This document shows, piece after piece, positions 1 to 11,208 of a stretch of 64,000 bases of DNA; the stretch's first letter is position 1, and each line of letters starts with the position of its first letter. The notes under the pieces were generated by a model. It did no database searches. It was given only the letters and a program-made list of their open reading frames with translations, and was not told where the DNA came from. The translations under genes and the position numbers were made by a program. This DNA comes from an uncultured virus (IMG/VR IMGVR_UViG_3300029953_000021) (lineage: Duplodnaviria; Heunggongvirae; Uroviricota; Caudoviricetes; Schitoviridae), in IMG/VR virus record IMGVR_UViG_3300029953_000021. One strand, given 5' to 3'.

Positions 1-1
1 G

Positions 2-3000
2 AACCCCAACCAGGATCTCGGTGAGGGTGTTGCCCAGCAGACGGGTCTTGCGGCCTTGGGTGGCTTCGGTTCTGCGGCGATCACTCAGGCTCCTTCGCTC
101 ACTGGCACGCCTCTCAAGATGGCCGGCAAAGCTGCCCTTTCCGGAGCTGGCACAGTAGGGAACGCTGCTCTTGGCCTCGTTGGTTCAGCGGCAGCGAAAG
201 CTGCTGCGCCCGTCAAGGCTGCGACTGAGGCGGCTTCGCCTGTCTCGGATGCCCAAGTGGCTCACCAAGGGGCTGCCGTCCAAGCGACGATGAGCGATCC
301 TATGGCAGCCGTGGCTTTGCATGACGCAGTGCAGAAAAGCCCCGACTTCGCCCCTATTGCCGACAAGATCACCCAGTTGGGTCAGTTCGATCCCGAAGAG
401 ATCGCGAATTCGACCCTCCCTGAACCAGTGAAGAAGCAGCTGGCGGGTTCGGCCAATCGAGTCGACATGCTCCAGAAGCTTGCGAACATCGTCAACGACA
501 AGGGTGTCACCACCCAAGAGGGGCTTTCGGCTGCTTCGTACCTCCATGATCAGATCGGGAAGTACCAAGCCCTCACCGAGAGCGATCCGGCAGGGTTCGA
601 GGCTCTCCCGGATGACCACGTAGCGGGTCAGATCAACGAGCAATTCAATCAGCTGGCCGACAACATCCGGAGCAATCCGACTGTCTCCAAGGCGCTGACG
701 CAAGTGTCTCAGCTCACCCAGGACCAAGTCGAGAAGCTCATCCAGCCGGTGACCCAAGAGAGCCTTCACACTCCTGAAGGCCAACAGAACATCGCCAATG
801 CTGCGACGATCGCTTCTGAGGCCCCGGACAAGGGGAACCTTGAAGCGAACAAAGCGATCTTGGCGCATGTCGAGAACGGCGAAGTCAAACTGGAGCCGGA
901 TCAGCTCAAGGCTCTCCAGAGCTCTGTGGCGATCATGCAGGCTTCCCGAGAGGGAACTCTCGCCCAGCAGGCTGCCGGGCATGAGAGCCCCATGGGTTCC
1001 GTGACCCAAGACATTCTCACCCGGTCTGGAGCCAAGGCAAACCAGGCTCGGTCTGCCACGTCTTATGCGCTGCGCATTTTCCAGTCGGTTCGATCGGGAG
1101 ACATCGAGACTGCGAAGGCGCACCTCGCTGATTTCGGCGACTTCGTGCAGCACATGCAGAACAAAGCAGCGGCTTTGAACCAGCACTACGAGAACGGCGG
1201 CGGCGCCAAAGTCTCGAACCTCGCCATCAATCCGGAGTCTCGGGCCTGGTATCAGACCAAGGGCAACTTCGCCCAGAGCGTCAATCCCACCAATGCCAAG
1301 AGCGTCGAATACGCTCAACGGGTTTCGCTCGAAGCCAAGCAGGTTTCGGACATCTACAACGGTCTCTCGAAGGCTTTCCCCGAACTCGAAGGCGGCCAGA
1401 GCCAGAGCACCCCCTTGACCAAGAACCTTCAAGGGAAGGTCCAAGACGTGCTTGCTGAGCACAAAGCTGGCACCCGTGTTCAGCCTTCCCTGGTTCCAAA
1501 CGCAGATCGTGCTCCCAAGCCCGTTCCGGCGATCACCAGGAACGAAAAGAGTGTGTCCAAAACCGAAGCGACACCGGTTTTGCTCCCCGAGCAAAACCAG
1601 GGAGCGGAGGAGGAGAAAACCAAGCCCCAATCCGAAGCCGACGCGACACCCGCGAAGACTTCACAGACTGAGAAATCGACGGAGGCGCAGCCGGAGGAGC
1701 TTTCGAAGGATGTGAAGACAAGCGAGGGAGCGGAGGAAGCTCCTAAGACGATCCAGGAAGCCTACCCCAACTTGCACCAAGCAGGGGATGGGCCGGTCAA
1801 GAACTGGTTTGAGCACGCCTATAAAGCCACCAAGGAGATCTCCAGCAGGATCTTCGGGGATCACTCGCCTGTCGAGACCGTCAAGAATGCTCTTCGATCC
1901 AATGACGCTCGTGTGGCGTTTGTGGGTGAGGACAAAATTCGGGGCACGCTCACCAAGCCCATGATCCGGACAGTCCAAGCCTATCTGGATTTTGCACCTC
2001 AGCTGATCGACACGCTGAACGAGCGTTTCAACGCAAAGCTGGGCGAAAAGGGTCTCGCTGAGCGTCTGGTGAAGGGGGAACCCCTTAATCGCTGGACCGA
2101 GCTCAAGGCTTCGAACTTGGTCGAGCAGCAGGAAGATGGCTCATTCAAGTACAATCCGGCGATCGCCGGCCAGGCTGTCTTGGCAGGCCTCCAGTGGCTG
2201 CTGGTGTCGAACAATTATCGATCCGACATGGATGCAGACCTGGTGAGTGCGCTCACTGGGATCCCCAGTGATCAGGCCGAGCGCCATGTAGGAATGCTCG
2301 ATGTCGGGCTCTCGCCGGTGGAAGCCGTGCGTTCGCTCGCCAGCAAGATCGTAGATTTCTGGGGGGTCCAGAAAAACCCCAACGTCGACAAGGCCTACAC
2401 TGACGGTATCGCTCAAGCGATGGCAACTGAGGTGCTCAGGGCTCTCGAAGAGACTGTGATCGACAAGTCCCAGCCCAAGGGCGAGCAGGGGCTTCTTCAG
2501 CGGCTGCGTTTCGTGATCGATGGGGATAGCGTCTCTCCCTTGGCCTATGGCGAAGAGACCAAGAAGCGCACTCTCCAGAGGCTCGTTTCGAACCTGGATC
2601 GAGGCAACGCCTCGAAAGATACCCAAGATCCGCTCTTTCAGAACCCGAATTTGATCGAACAGACTGTGCTCACCGAGCCCAAAGAGCGGGACTATTACGC
2701 CGACGACAAGATCCCGGTGGCAAAGACCCAGATGCGAAATCTTGTGGTGCCTCTGACAAGCACCCAGCGTTCCATGATCAAGGTCGCTCAGGGGGTCGAG
2801 CACTTCCTGAACATGGAACTGTTCCAGCTTTACAATGCGCTAGGGGAGAAGGGGCTTCTATCGCTCTTCGGGGCTGGCGACACTGATCGGCCTCTGAATG
2901 CTCAGCACAAGCTCACTCTTGAGGGTCAGAACCAGACGATACGCTCGGCTTGGCGCACTCTTTCGGGACGTGTGGCTGACATGAACACGTTTGGTCAGGA

Positions 3001-6000
3001 GCTGGGGAAGATCCCCATGCGTTATGCCTTCAACGTGTCGAGTGTGGGACGTCTTCAGATGCTGGGGGCTGATAATCCCCAGGCTTCGAAGCTGGTCCGA
3101 GAGATCGTGCTTCCGACTTGGAGCACGCTCGATCTGACTGATCCCGACCAGGAGACGCTATTCAAGACCGCCATCGCCCAGGCTCTTGGGGTCAAGATCC
3201 ACGCTAACAGCACGGAAACGAACCTCGCCAAGGTCGAAGCTCAACTGAACGGCGCATTTGCCGGTACGTTGCAGCTGCTTACTGAGCATCTCAACGATGA
3301 ACGGCTCCCTGACGGCGCTATAGAGCGCATCCAGAGCGAGTTCCAGGCTGCGGGGGAGGACCTTACCCCTAACGCTCTTCATGCTCTTCAGGAATGGGCT
3401 CGATCCCAGACTGTGGGCGACAAGGGTCGCACTGCGTTTCGTACCGGGATTTATCTCGAGGCTGACGGAGTGACGAACGGGATCGTCAACGCTATCCATA
3501 TGCTCACCACCACAGGTTTCACGGGAGACCAGATCGGAAATCTGGCCAAAGGGGGAATGTTCTTCAACGGTCCCACCACGATGAACGAGCATCGGGCGGG
3601 GGACAGCGTAGATCTCTATTCGGTGGCTGCGAACAAGCTCCAGAGCAGTGCAAACTCGCTTTACAGGAATGCCCCTGAAGCCGTCAAAACTCAGGCCGAT
3701 CACCTCTACAAGCTGATGAACCTGCTCTTGCCGAAGGTCGACTTCGACCTTAGCACAGGCACGCTCTCTGTGGATCGTGGCGTCACCAAGAACCCGATGA
3801 CGATCACCGTCTATGGGTCTGGAGCCAATGGCATCGCTGCAAAGATCACGGACATGCTCGCTGAACAGGTCTACGAGCGTCTCTCTCGTGTGGCTGGAGC
3901 GGACAAAGAAGTCTCTTTTGCTGAGGCAATGTTTGGAGACTCCACCGGTGAAGGCCATGATGACCGGCTCGATGCCTTTGACAAGGCCCTCAACGGAATT
4001 CTGACCACCAAAGTGGGAGGAGATCCTTCCGGAGGCAAAGCTCTCTCAGAGATCAACCCCGAGAAGTTCGTCTTTGACAAGAAGCAGATGGCTTCGATCC
4101 AAGAGCATGTGCTCAGTCTCTTCGTCGATCCGATGCGAGATGGGATCACCGAGACTCTAGGCCAGTCCTTCATGGACTCGACCAAGCTTGTGCAACGGTC
4201 CACGCAGGCTCAGTCGATCGTGCTTGAGCATCTGTTCACCCAGAAGGTGAAAGAGGCTGTCGCTCAGCGGGCTGAGAATGACCCGACCTGGCGTAAGGGA
4301 GACTTTCTGTCGGAGAATGCCCTCAAAGGCATTTTGCAAGACCTGCTCAAGACCATGCCCCTGATCGACACAGGAGAGCAGCGCTTCTTCCCGGTCAAGA
4401 ACAACACGAGTGAGTTCGACCAGATCCTCGCCAAGAGCCTTGATGGCAAGCTGGGCACTCCGGCTGAAGTGAATGGCCCTTCGGACTCGGGAGTGAAGGG
4501 CGGAGCCATGCTTAATATCGGCATGGGTGACGGAGCCATGATCCAGCACATGCTGAACAATGGCGCTCGTGGTCTCCCTGTGTTCGACGGCTTCAATTTC
4601 GCTCTCGATCATGTCCTCGAAGGGAGCCAGAAAGCGAACGAGGCTGCTTCTGAGTCCTGGAAGGGGAACCCTCTCCGGGCTGTGCTGGAGAGCTTCGAGC
4701 CCTTCTTGAAGTCGATCAGTTCAGAGATGCTCGACAAAAACGAAAAGATGAAAGACGCCCTCATCAAAGCGCTCTTTCCCCAGGCCGAGCGCAAAAATGC
4801 GACTTCCACTGGTGTGATCGCTATTCTGGAGGGTTTCCGAGATGAACTCTCGGATGGCGCCAACGTCGTGGACGCCCGACACCAGGTGCTCGGCGAGCAC
4901 CAGTTCTACGTTGACCAGATGGCCGGGGCTCAGAGTCCCTACCTGAACAAGGGTATTCCCCTTTCTGGTTCGCCTGAAGAGATCGCCAGCAAACTCAACA
5001 ATCGGCTGGCTGAAGTCCTCAAAGCCAAAAGCGATAAACCGGCCCTCGTGGTAATGACGCCGACCGATCTTGACTTGGGCATTGCCCAGTCGGAGCTGTC
5101 CGCGGATCAACAGGACGTCTGGCAGCATATCAAGGCTGCTGGGGGACTGGATGGTTATCGGATTTTGTCTGGCACTCGCGCCCAGATCGACGAATATCGA
5201 GCCAACAATAACCTGCCGGCCATTGAACAGACTTCTCTCAAGTCTGCCAAGGGCTTGATCGATCCAGGCAGCAAGATGATCTACCTCGTCGGATCGAGCG
5301 CTGAGACGATGCTGCATGAGGCTGTCCACGCTGCTACTTTCAATACGATCCTGACCCACTACGAAGGGGGCGATCTAGGGAAACGAGCCAGTGAGATCAC
5401 TGGTTCTGTGAACCGGCTCGAAGCCCTCATGAGGCAGTTTCTGAGCCCGGAATTCTCAGAAATTGGCGTAAAAGCTGGAGATAGTTTCTTCAACGCTTCG
5501 AAAGCTGTCCGAGACGCTCTGGCCCAGAAGACTCCTCTGGGGAAAGCCACGGCCTTGAATGAGTTCATGGCGTGGACGCTGGCCAACAAAGAACTCACGG
5601 GAGCCCTCAAAAACACCCAAGCCACCGGCTTGGCCAAGATCGCTTCGGACGTCTGGCAGGCGATCAAGACCCTCGTGTTCGGCAAGAACCAGGCTCTCCA
5701 TGTCGGGGACGATATGTTCTCGAATCTGCTCTTCAATTCGGCTGTGGTCATGCAGGCTCAGCCCACGATCGCCGACCTCAATAGGTCTGTGACGCTCTTC
5801 CAGAACCCGTCTTACGGCACGGACGATCGCCTTAGTGCGCTCAATGTGCAATTCGACAAGATCTTCGGCCGCTTCATGAATGTGAGCGACCCGGTGCAGG
5901 CCACGAACCGATCGATTGCCGTCCAGCAAGCGTCGGTCTCGTCGTTCAAACTGGCGAATCTCGCAGAACTGAGCGGCTTCAACGGGATGTCGCTTCAGGC

Positions 6001-9000
6001 TCACAAAGCGTTCCATGCGATTGTGCAGGCGCTCTCCCTGGAGATGAGCCTCTCGCCCACTTCGATGGCTATCGCTGAGGGGCTCTTCCGGCACGCCATG
6101 AAGCAGCTCACCCCCGATATGCTCATCGACCAAAGCGATCCCGACAGGGTTCGGGCCGAGAGCATGGCCAACTCGAAGTTCAATTTCCTGCTGGGCAATC
6201 TGGGCACCGAAACTGATAAATCGGGACGCTCTTCGCTGTTGCCCGTCTTCATGGCTCTGGCCACGGTCGATGACGACTTCAGGGATGCTCTGAGCTTTCT
6301 AGATCTGCCTAAGTCCGAAAAGAGCCATGAGAAAGGCTCTCTCTCTGAGCGTTTCGAGGCTCGCCTTTCGAACCTGGCCCAGCAGGGCCTGGACTCGCTC
6401 TCGGATCGCATGGGCGGAGTGGGCAACTCCAAGAACGTCCAGCAAGCGATCGACGCTCTCACCCAGCATGTAGCGAGGGAGGCGTCAGACACTGCGTCTT
6501 TGATGAGTCAAATCAATCAGATCGCTTCTGCCCCGAACAAGGGGATCAACATCTTGAACGACGGGGTTGTGAACCTCCTCGACAGGGCGAGCGATGTGCT
6601 CCTCCAGGGCGCTGACAAAGTCAAAGCGAGCACGAGCAATTCGCTCGTCCAAAAGGGCGCCGAGGCTGTGAAGCTCTTTGCCAATATGGCGACAGCCGAG
6701 AAAGCCCGAGGGCTCCAGGAATGGGCCAGCGGAATCAATAACAATGTCAAGGGCTGGAAGCCCCTGACAGAAGCTGTGGGCGAAATCATTGGCCGTTCGG
6801 CGAGCAATGCCAGCGTCTACGACATGATCAAGACTGTCCGGGCGATCATCCAAAATGCTCGCCAGCAGTTCGTGGATCACGTCCCGCAGATGTTCGAGAA
6901 GCAGTTTACCCAGAGGATGACCAAAACCGAGTGGAGCGCCCTGCATATGGGCGTCGCCAAGACGGATCTCTCGGCCCTGACGGAAGCGCATTCGCACGAA
7001 GACGTGCTCAAAATGCTGAGCAATCCCAAGGCTCGAAGTTCTGTGATCCAGGGTCTGGAGACCCAGCTCGAAAAGGAAGATCCCCGCTACTGGGCGCTCG
7101 TCAAAGCCAAAGCCGAGCAGCTCGCCACCCACATGACGTCGGGGGCCATTGGCAGGAACCTCTTGCGCAATGCCGATGCGATTGCTCGTCTCCTGGGCGA
7201 GAACCACTCCATGAGCCGACCTGCGCCCACGGAAGCCTATGTGAAAGCGCTCGACCAGCTGATCTCGCTCTATGCCCTGAACAAGCTCGCTCCCGAGACG
7301 CAGGCGCATCTCTCTTCCTTGGTTCAAAGCGAAGCCGAGGGCATGAAGTTCGTGCTTGCCTATGTGAACAACCTTCGTCTGGAGGAGAAAGCCAAGTCCC
7401 TGGGCATGGCCAAGTTCAATAGTTACAAGGGCTTCGTGCCTATGAACCAGAAAGCCGGGATGAGCATTGTCGTCGCCAAAGACAGCGATTCGCCGGCTCT
7501 TCTCGCCAAGAGCATGATCCGGATTGCCGACTACAAAGGCTCGAAAGCCGAGGGGAACCACGAGAGCAAGGGCTACTACTACCAGCCGGCAGCAGGCCGG
7601 GCTGCGTTCACCCAGGGCACGCTGCAATCCATTCACCACACGGCCGGAGGCGTGGATCTTCAGACCGGGCAAACCACAGGTGTGACGGCAGGGCTCATTA
7701 CGAACCCGGTCACCGTCGACAAGATTGCTCGGCAGCTTTCGAGGGAGGGTAAAGCCACTTCCGAGAACCTCGTGCCGTTGTACAACGACTCCGGGAAGGT
7801 GGTCGCCTTCGAGCGGAGCGTCGATCCCAGCCAGCTTGCGCGTCTCGGGCTAGATGACAACCTTGCCAGGATGGCGGGCGTCTGGCGGGGTCGCCAGGTC
7901 GAAGAAGCGGTGGCTCACAAGTTCAACACCGAGCTGATCGACAAGATGCACGAGATGTACAAGAGCGACATCCAGAAGAGCGCTGCGAACAAGTCGCAAT
8001 ATGTGAACCTGTTCGATCCGAAGTCCTACGACAACGATGCGCCTACGAGGCAGGCTGTCTCGCTCATGTCGCCGCAGACGAAGGCCTACATCAAGAGCGT
8101 TTTCGGCAACAAGTTCATGGTGCGCCGGGACATGATCAATGACTCGATCGGCTACCACAAGGCGAGCATTGGTGACGCTTGGACCGGGAATTCCCGATGG
8201 TCTCCCGAGACACTCGATGTTGTAAAGAACATCTCGATGGCGATCTGGGGCAACAAAGCCTACGCGAACCTCGTGAATTCCGAAGGTGTGTGGAAAGAAG
8301 CCGTCAAAGAGGTCAAGTCGATCATTATGATCAAGAGCTTGCTCATGCCGGCAGTGAACCTTGCGGCTGATACTTTTCAGCTCATGGGTCGTGGAGTGCC
8401 ACTGGCGACGATTGCCAAGAGCACTCCCCAGAAACTCTCCGAGATCAACGCCCATGTGAAGGGCAAGCTTCGCAAAATGGATGCCGAGGGTGAGCTCTTC
8501 GCTGCTCAGGGAGCCAAGAACTACAACAAAGTCCAGAAGCTCAAGGCTGAGATCCAGTCGATCAACGACAGTGATCGTCGTCTGTCGATCTGGCCCCTCA
8601 TCAAGGCTGGTGAGTTCGGAATGGTCGCCGACGTAGGCAACTCAAGAGGTGACCTGGCCCTCACAGGAGGCAGGTTGCAGGAGTTCATGGAGGGTTTGAC
8701 GAGCAAACTCCCCGAGGCAGTGCGAACTGCCGGCAACTATGCCCTCATCGGGGAAGACACGCCCCTTTATCAGGGCATCCAGAAGTCGATGGAGTACGGC
8801 GATTTCATCATGAAAGCGCTCTACTACGACCACTTGATGAAGAAGCCGGGCATGACGAGCCAGAAAGCGCTAGGCGAGGTCAGCGAAGAGTTCGTGAACT
8901 TCGATCGGTCTCAGGGACGTTTCCGCGGTTCTCTGGAAGAGCTGGGGCTTGCATGGTTCTACAACTATAAGCTGCGAAGCGCGAAGATCGCTCTGTCGGT

Positions 9001-9190
9001 GGTTCGGGATAATCCCGTCCACACACTGCTGGGATCTCTTGGACCCTTCTCAAGCACCGTGGGCGTCGAGAACTTCCTCGGCGACAACGTGTTCGGCAAG
9101 GCGTTGGAGGGTAACCTCCTGCACTCGATCGGCCCAGGCATGATGCTCAGGGCTCCGATGATGCACCCTCTGGCTCAGCTGCTGCATTGA
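2..9190 (+). CDS. Virion-encapsidated RNA polymerase (N4 gp50-like), 5'-truncated
   Basis: Frame is open from position 2 (NPNQDLGEGVAQQTG...), >3000 aa. Single-subunit RNAP motifs SSVGRLQM, EADGVTNG (A), RGVTKNPMTITVYGSG (B), LPVFDG (C); HEAVH zincin-like motif downstream. I saw no Cys, as in N4 vRNAP. Confidence 0.96.
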   Translation, partial: NPNQDLGEGVAQQTGLAALGGFGSAAITQAPSLTGTPLKMAGKAALSGAGTVGNAALGLVGSAAAKAAAPVKAATEAASPVSDAQVAHQGAAVQATMSDPMAAVALHDAVQKSPDFAPIADKITQLGQFDPEEIANSTLPEPVKKQLAGSANRVDMLQKLANIVNDKGVTTQEGLSAASYLHDQIGKYQALTESDPAGFEALPDDHVAGQINEQFNQLADNIRSNPTVSKALTQVSQLTQDQVEKLIQPVTQESLHTPEGQQNIANAATIASEAPDKGNLEANKAILAHVENGEVKLEPDQLKALQSSVAIMQASREGTLAQQAAGHESPMGSVTQDILTRSGAKANQARSATSYALRIFQSVRSGDIETAKAHLADFGDFVQHMQNKAAALNQHYENGGGAKVSNLAINPESRAWYQTKGNFAQSVNPTNAKSVEYAQRVSLEAKQVSDIYNGLSKAFPELEGGQSQSTPLTKNLQGKVQDVLAEHKAGTRVQPSLVPNADRAPKPVPAITRNEKSVSKTEATPVLLPEQNQGAEEEKTKPQSEADATPAKTSQTEKSTEAQPEELSKDVKTSEGAEEAPKTIQEAYPNLHQAGDGPVKNWFEHAYKATKEISSRIFGDHSPVETVKNALRSNDARVAFVGEDKIRGTLTKPMIRTVQAYLDFAPQLIDTLNERFNAKLGEKGLAERLVKGEPLNRWTELKASNLVEQQEDGSFKYNPAIAGQAVLAGLQWLLVSNNYRSDMDADLVSALTGIPSDQAERHVGMLDVGLSPVEAVRSLASKIVDFWGVQKNPNVDKAYTDGIAQAMATEVLRALEETVIDKSQPKGEQGLLQRLRFVIDGDSVSPLAYGEETKKRTLQRLVSNLDRGNASKDTQDPLFQNPNLIEQTVLTEPKERDYYADDKIPVAKTQMRNLVVPLTSTQRSMIKVAQGVEHFLNMELFQLYNALGEKGLLSLFGAGDTDRPLNAQHKLTLEGQNQTIRSAWRTLSGRVADMNTFGQELGKIPMRYAFNVSSVGRLQMLGADNPQASKLVREIVLPTWSTLDLTDPDQETLFKTAIAQALGVKIHANSTETNLAKVEAQLNGAFAGTLQLLTEHLNDERLPDGAIERIQSEFQAAGEDLTPNALHALQEWARSQTVGDKGRTAFRTGIYLEADGVTNGIVNAIHMLTTTGFTGDQIGNLAKGGMFFNGPTTMNEHRAGDSVDLYSVAANKLQSSANSLYRNAPEAVKTQADHLYKLMNLLLPKVDFDLSTGTLSVDRGVTKNPMTITVYGSGANGIAAKITDMLAEQVYERLSRVAGADKEVSFAEAMFGDSTGEGHDDRLDAFDKALNGILTTKVGGDPSGGKALSEINPEKFVFDKKQMASIQEHVLSLFVDPMRDGITETLGQSFMDSTKLVQRSTQAQSIVLEHLFTQKVKEAVAQRAENDPTWRKGDFLSENALKGILQDLLKTMPLIDTGEQRFFPVKNNTSEFDQILAKSLDGKLGTPAEVNGPSDSGVKGGAMLNIGMGDGAMIQHMLNNGARGLPVFDGFNFALDHVLEGSQKANEAASESWKGNPLRAVLESFEPFLKSISSEMLDKNEKMKDALIKALFPQAERKNATSTGVIAILEGFRDELSDGANVVDARHQVLGEHQFYVDQMAGAQSPYLNKGIPLSGSPEEIASKLNNRLAEVLKAKSDKPALVVMTPTDLDLGIAQSELSADQQDVWQHIKAAGGLDGYRILSGTRAQIDEYRANNNLPAIEQTSLKSAKGLIDPGSKMIYLVGSSAETMLHEAVHAATFNTILTHYEGGDLGKRASEITGSVNRLEALMRQFLSPEFSEIGVKAGDSFFNASKAVRDALAQKTPLGKATALNEFMAWTLANKELTGALKNTQATGLAKIASDVWQAIKTLVFGKNQALHVGDDMFSNLLFNSAVVMQAQPTIADLNRSVTLFQNPSYGTDDRLSALNVQFDKIFGRFMNVSDPVQATNRSIAVQQASVSSFKLANLAELSGFNGMSLQAHKAFHAIVQALSLEMSLSPTSMAIAEGLFRHAMKQLTPDMLIDQSDPDRVRAESMANSKFNFLLGNLGTETDKSGRSSLLPVFMALATVDDDFRDALSFLDLPKSEKSHEKGSLSERFEARLSNLAQQGLDSLSDRMGGVGNSKNVQQAIDALTQHVAREASDTASLMSQINQIASAPNKGINILNDGVVNLLDRASDVLLQGADKVKASTSNSLVQKGAEAVKLFANMATAEKARGLQEWASGINNNVKGWKPLTEAVGEIIGRSASNASVYDMIKTVRAIIQNARQQFVDHVPQMFEKQFTQRMTKTEWSALHMGVAKTDLSALTEAHSHEDVLKMLSNPKARSSVIQGLETQLEKEDPRYWALVKAKAEQLATHMTSGAIGRNLLRNADAIARLLGENHSMSRPAPTEAYVKALDQLISLYALNKLAPETQAHLSSLVQSEAEGMKFVLAYVNNLRLEEKAKSLGMAKFNSYKGFVPMNQKAGMSIVVAKDSDSPALLAKSMIRIADYKGSKAEGNHESKGYYYQPAAGRAAFTQGTLQSIHHTAGGVDLQTGQTTGVTAGLITNPVTVDKIARQLSREGKATSENLVPLYNDSGKVVAFERSVDPSQLARLGLDDNLARMAGVWRGRQVEEAVAHKFNTELIDKMHEMYKSDIQKSAANKSQYVNLFDPKSYDNDAPTRQAVSLMSPQTKAYIKSVFGNKFMVRRDMINDSIGYHKASIGDAWTGNSRWSPETLDVVKNISMAIWGNKAYANLVNSEGVWKEAVKEVKSIIMIKSLLMPAVNLAADTFQLMGRGVPLATIAKSTPQKLSEINAHVKGKLRKMDAEGELFAAQGAKNYNKVQKLKAEIQSINDSDRRLSIWPLIKAGEFGMVADVGNSRGDLALTGGRLQEFMEGLTSKLPEAVRTAGNYALIGEDTPLYQGIQKSMEYGDFIMKALYYDHLMKKPGMTSQKALGEVSEEFVNFDRSQGRFRGSLEELGLAWFYNYKLRSAKIALSVVRDNPVHTLLGSLGPFSSTVGVENFLGDNVFGKALEGNLLHSIGPGMMLRAPMMHPLAQLLH

Positions 9191-9194
9191 CGTG

Positions 9195-9224
9195 AAAAAG
9201 GGGATGATTCCTCATCCCCTTTTT
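9195..9224. terminator. Bidirectional intrinsic terminator between convergent late and middle blocks
   Basis: AAAAAGGGGATGA-TTCC-TCATCCCCTTTTT perfect inverted repeat with A/T tails on both sides. Confidence 0.85.
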
Positions 9225-9364
9225 GGCCTGAAGGTGAACCAGCAAAGCCCCAGAACTACGAGAATTCCGGCGATATATGGGGCCAATGCGATGATCACCG
9301 AAGTGATCATCAACATTGCGATCACCACCAGCACCCCGATGATCAGGATGCCAATGTCGCCCAT
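9212..9364 (-). CDS. Small two-TM membrane protein (50 aa)
   Basis: Read manually: MGDIGILIIGVLVVIAMLMITSVIIALAPYIAGILVVLGLCWFTFRPKRG*; ATG overlaps the upstream TGA. Confidence 0.7.
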   Translation of the reverse strand: MGDIGILIIGVLVVIAMLMITSVIIALAPYIAGILVVLGLCWFTFRPKRG

Positions 9365-9819
9365 CAGCTGTTTTTGGGCCGGCTCAGGCCCTTGAAGAGC
9401 GAACGAGCGCCGGAATTGGCAGGCGCCGCCTCAGTGTGAAGCGTCGTCGTCTCAGCAGTCGTCTCGGTCGAGTTGGCGCTCTGTCCCGACTCCTCGGCGA
9501 CAGTCTCGACATCATTGCCAGTCTGCCCCTGGGATTCGTCGCTGACTTCGGTGGAAGCCTCGGGGGCCGGAACGACAACTGCCGAAGCAACGGTCTGAGA
9601 GCCGGTCCCGAAAGACGGGAAAGCCGGACGAGCAGCCGACTTCGGCTGAGCGATGACCGTCCCGATCGGCAGAATATCGATGACCGCTTTGAAGCCTTCG
9701 GCTCCGCGAGTCGCCGAGAGCTCGATGCCCATGGACATGCCATCGGCAACCTTGAGCTGACGGCCGACGTATTCCCGAATTGCCAATTCCAACTCGGTCT
9801 GAACCAAAGTAATCTGCAT
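9364..9819 (-). CDS. Conserved N4-like hypothetical protein
   Basis: MQITLVQTELELAIREYV N-terminus, low-complexity acidic tail, AGGAG RBS, syntenic position. Confidence 0.75.
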   Translation of the reverse strand: MQITLVQTELELAIREYVGRQLKVADGMSMGIELSATRGAEGFKAVIDILPIGTVIAQPKSAARPAFPSFGTGSQTVASAVVVPAPEASTEVSDESQGQTGNDVETVAEESGQSANSTETTAETTTLHTEAAPANSGARSLFKGLSRPKNS

Positions 9820-9842
9820 GTGTATCTCCTTAGAGTTTGCGT

Positions 9843-10391
9843 TTAGACGTAAAGTTTTCTGAGATTCTGGAACAACGGCGTGTTTACGCCTGCGTGAATG
9901 GCCCCAAGAGCATCTGCAACGTGTTCTGCTGCAAGTGTGATTTTCCCTCTATGCAGCGGGAAGTTCGCTCCTGGATACAGCGAAAGCGCCGAGGCGATCA
10001 TGTCACCTTTGGTCGCATGGCCATTGCCAGTCATCGCCCTTTTCACCTCAGCCGCTGTGACTTCGATGATTTGAATACCTTGTGCCAGCATCGTTCCAAG
10101 AATGCCTACACAGAAGCCATATGACGCCATCGCTCGGGCTGACTGCGAACCTACGGGAACCTCAGCAAAGATGGCTTTAGCCCCTACTGATGCTTCCAAG
10201 ACGGCTACAGCGAGCTGTTTCGTGGCGTCGAGATCCTTTGAGTTCTGCCGAACCTGCTTGTGGGTGATCCTTTCTGGCTCAATGACCTGAAGAAACACAT
10301 CTTCAAGATACCCTGTCGTGAGGTCCAGGTTGCCTTTAGCAACCCCCCAGTGAGTGAGACTGGGGTCGAACCCCACAACAGAGATCTTCAT
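9843..10391 (-). CDS. RuvC-like Holliday junction resolvase
   Basis: Start reassigned to MKISVVGFDPSLTHWG; RNase H-fold acidic motifs GFDPS, FAEVP, EHVADA. Confidence 0.85.
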   Translation of the reverse strand: MKISVVGFDPSLTHWGVAKGNLDLTTGYLEDVFLQVIEPERITHKQVRQNSKDLDATKQLAVAVLEASVGAKAIFAEVPVGSQSARAMASYGFCVGILGTMLAQGIQIIEVTAAEVKRAMTGNGHATKGDMIASALSLYPGANFPLHRGKITLAAEHVADALGAIHAGVNTPLFQNLRKLYV

Positions 10392-10393
10392 GA

Positions 10394-11152
10394 TCAGGCC
10401 TTGGCGCCGAAGAGGCTCTTGCGAGCCGGAGCGCCATTGCCTGCCTGCGGAGGACCGGACTGAGTCCGACCACCCGGCTTGCCGGCCTGGCCACCGGCGC
10501 CGCCCTTGATCGACCGACGATCGCGTTCCTTGCCCTTGTTGCGTTCGAGCCAGGCGTCCCAAAAGATCGCCGTTTCGAGACCCTGACGGGCTTCCGCCAC
10601 GGTCATCTTCGATTCGGTGTGGAAGACCTTCTCGATCACGTTCGAGTTGCGGGTTTCGGCCGTGTCGACATAGCCGCCCTGGCCGTCCTTCTCGCTCTTG
10701 TTTTCGAGCTGCTTGACGATGGCGAGCGAGAGCGACTGACCGAGAAGCTCCGTCAGGACGGGCACCGATTTCGGCACCTCCTTCTTCAGATCCTTGTCGT
10801 AGATCTTGACCATCTTGTCTTCGGCGCTCTGTTCCGCCAACGGCTTGCCGGTCGCGATGATGCAGATGTCTTCGATGGTGGTGAAGCCGGGCAGAGGCAC
10901 CTTCTTGGTCTTGTCATCCTTGTTGATGAACCAGTTTTCGCCCTTCTTGTTCGTGATGTAGACGGTCTCGCGGTACTCCTTGCCGTTCGCCTCGAAAATG
11001 AGGGTCACGTTGCGAGCGCCCTGCTCCGACTGGCCGGCATAGGCCATCTTGATCGGACCCGTGTAGATGTCCGATTCCCAGACCGAAAAGCCGCCGAGAC
11101 GATCCTGCGACTCTTCGAGGCCATCGGATTTCAGATTGCCGAAAAGACTCAT
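10394..11152 (-). CDS. Single-stranded DNA-binding protein (N4 gp45-like)
   Basis: MSLFGNLKSDGLEESQDRLGG start, KKVPLPGF, C-terminal RKSLFG; position after the gp44-like ATPase. Confidence 0.85.
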   Translation of the reverse strand: MSLFGNLKSDGLEESQDRLGGFSVWESDIYTGPIKMAYAGQSEQGARNVTLIFEANGKEYRETVYITNKKGENWFINKDDKTKKVPLPGFTTIEDICIIATGKPLAEQSAEDKMVKIYDKDLKKEVPKSVPVLTELLGQSLSLAIVKQLENKSEKDGQGGYVDTAETRNSNVIEKVFHTESKMTVAEARQGLETAIFWDAWLERNKGKERDRRSIKGGAGGQAGKPGGRTQSGPPQAGNGAPARKSLFGAKA

Positions 11153-11208
11153 GTTCAGTGCTTCTTTCTTGTTGAAGTGGGACTCACCCACGTTGAGTTG
11201 CGGGTAAA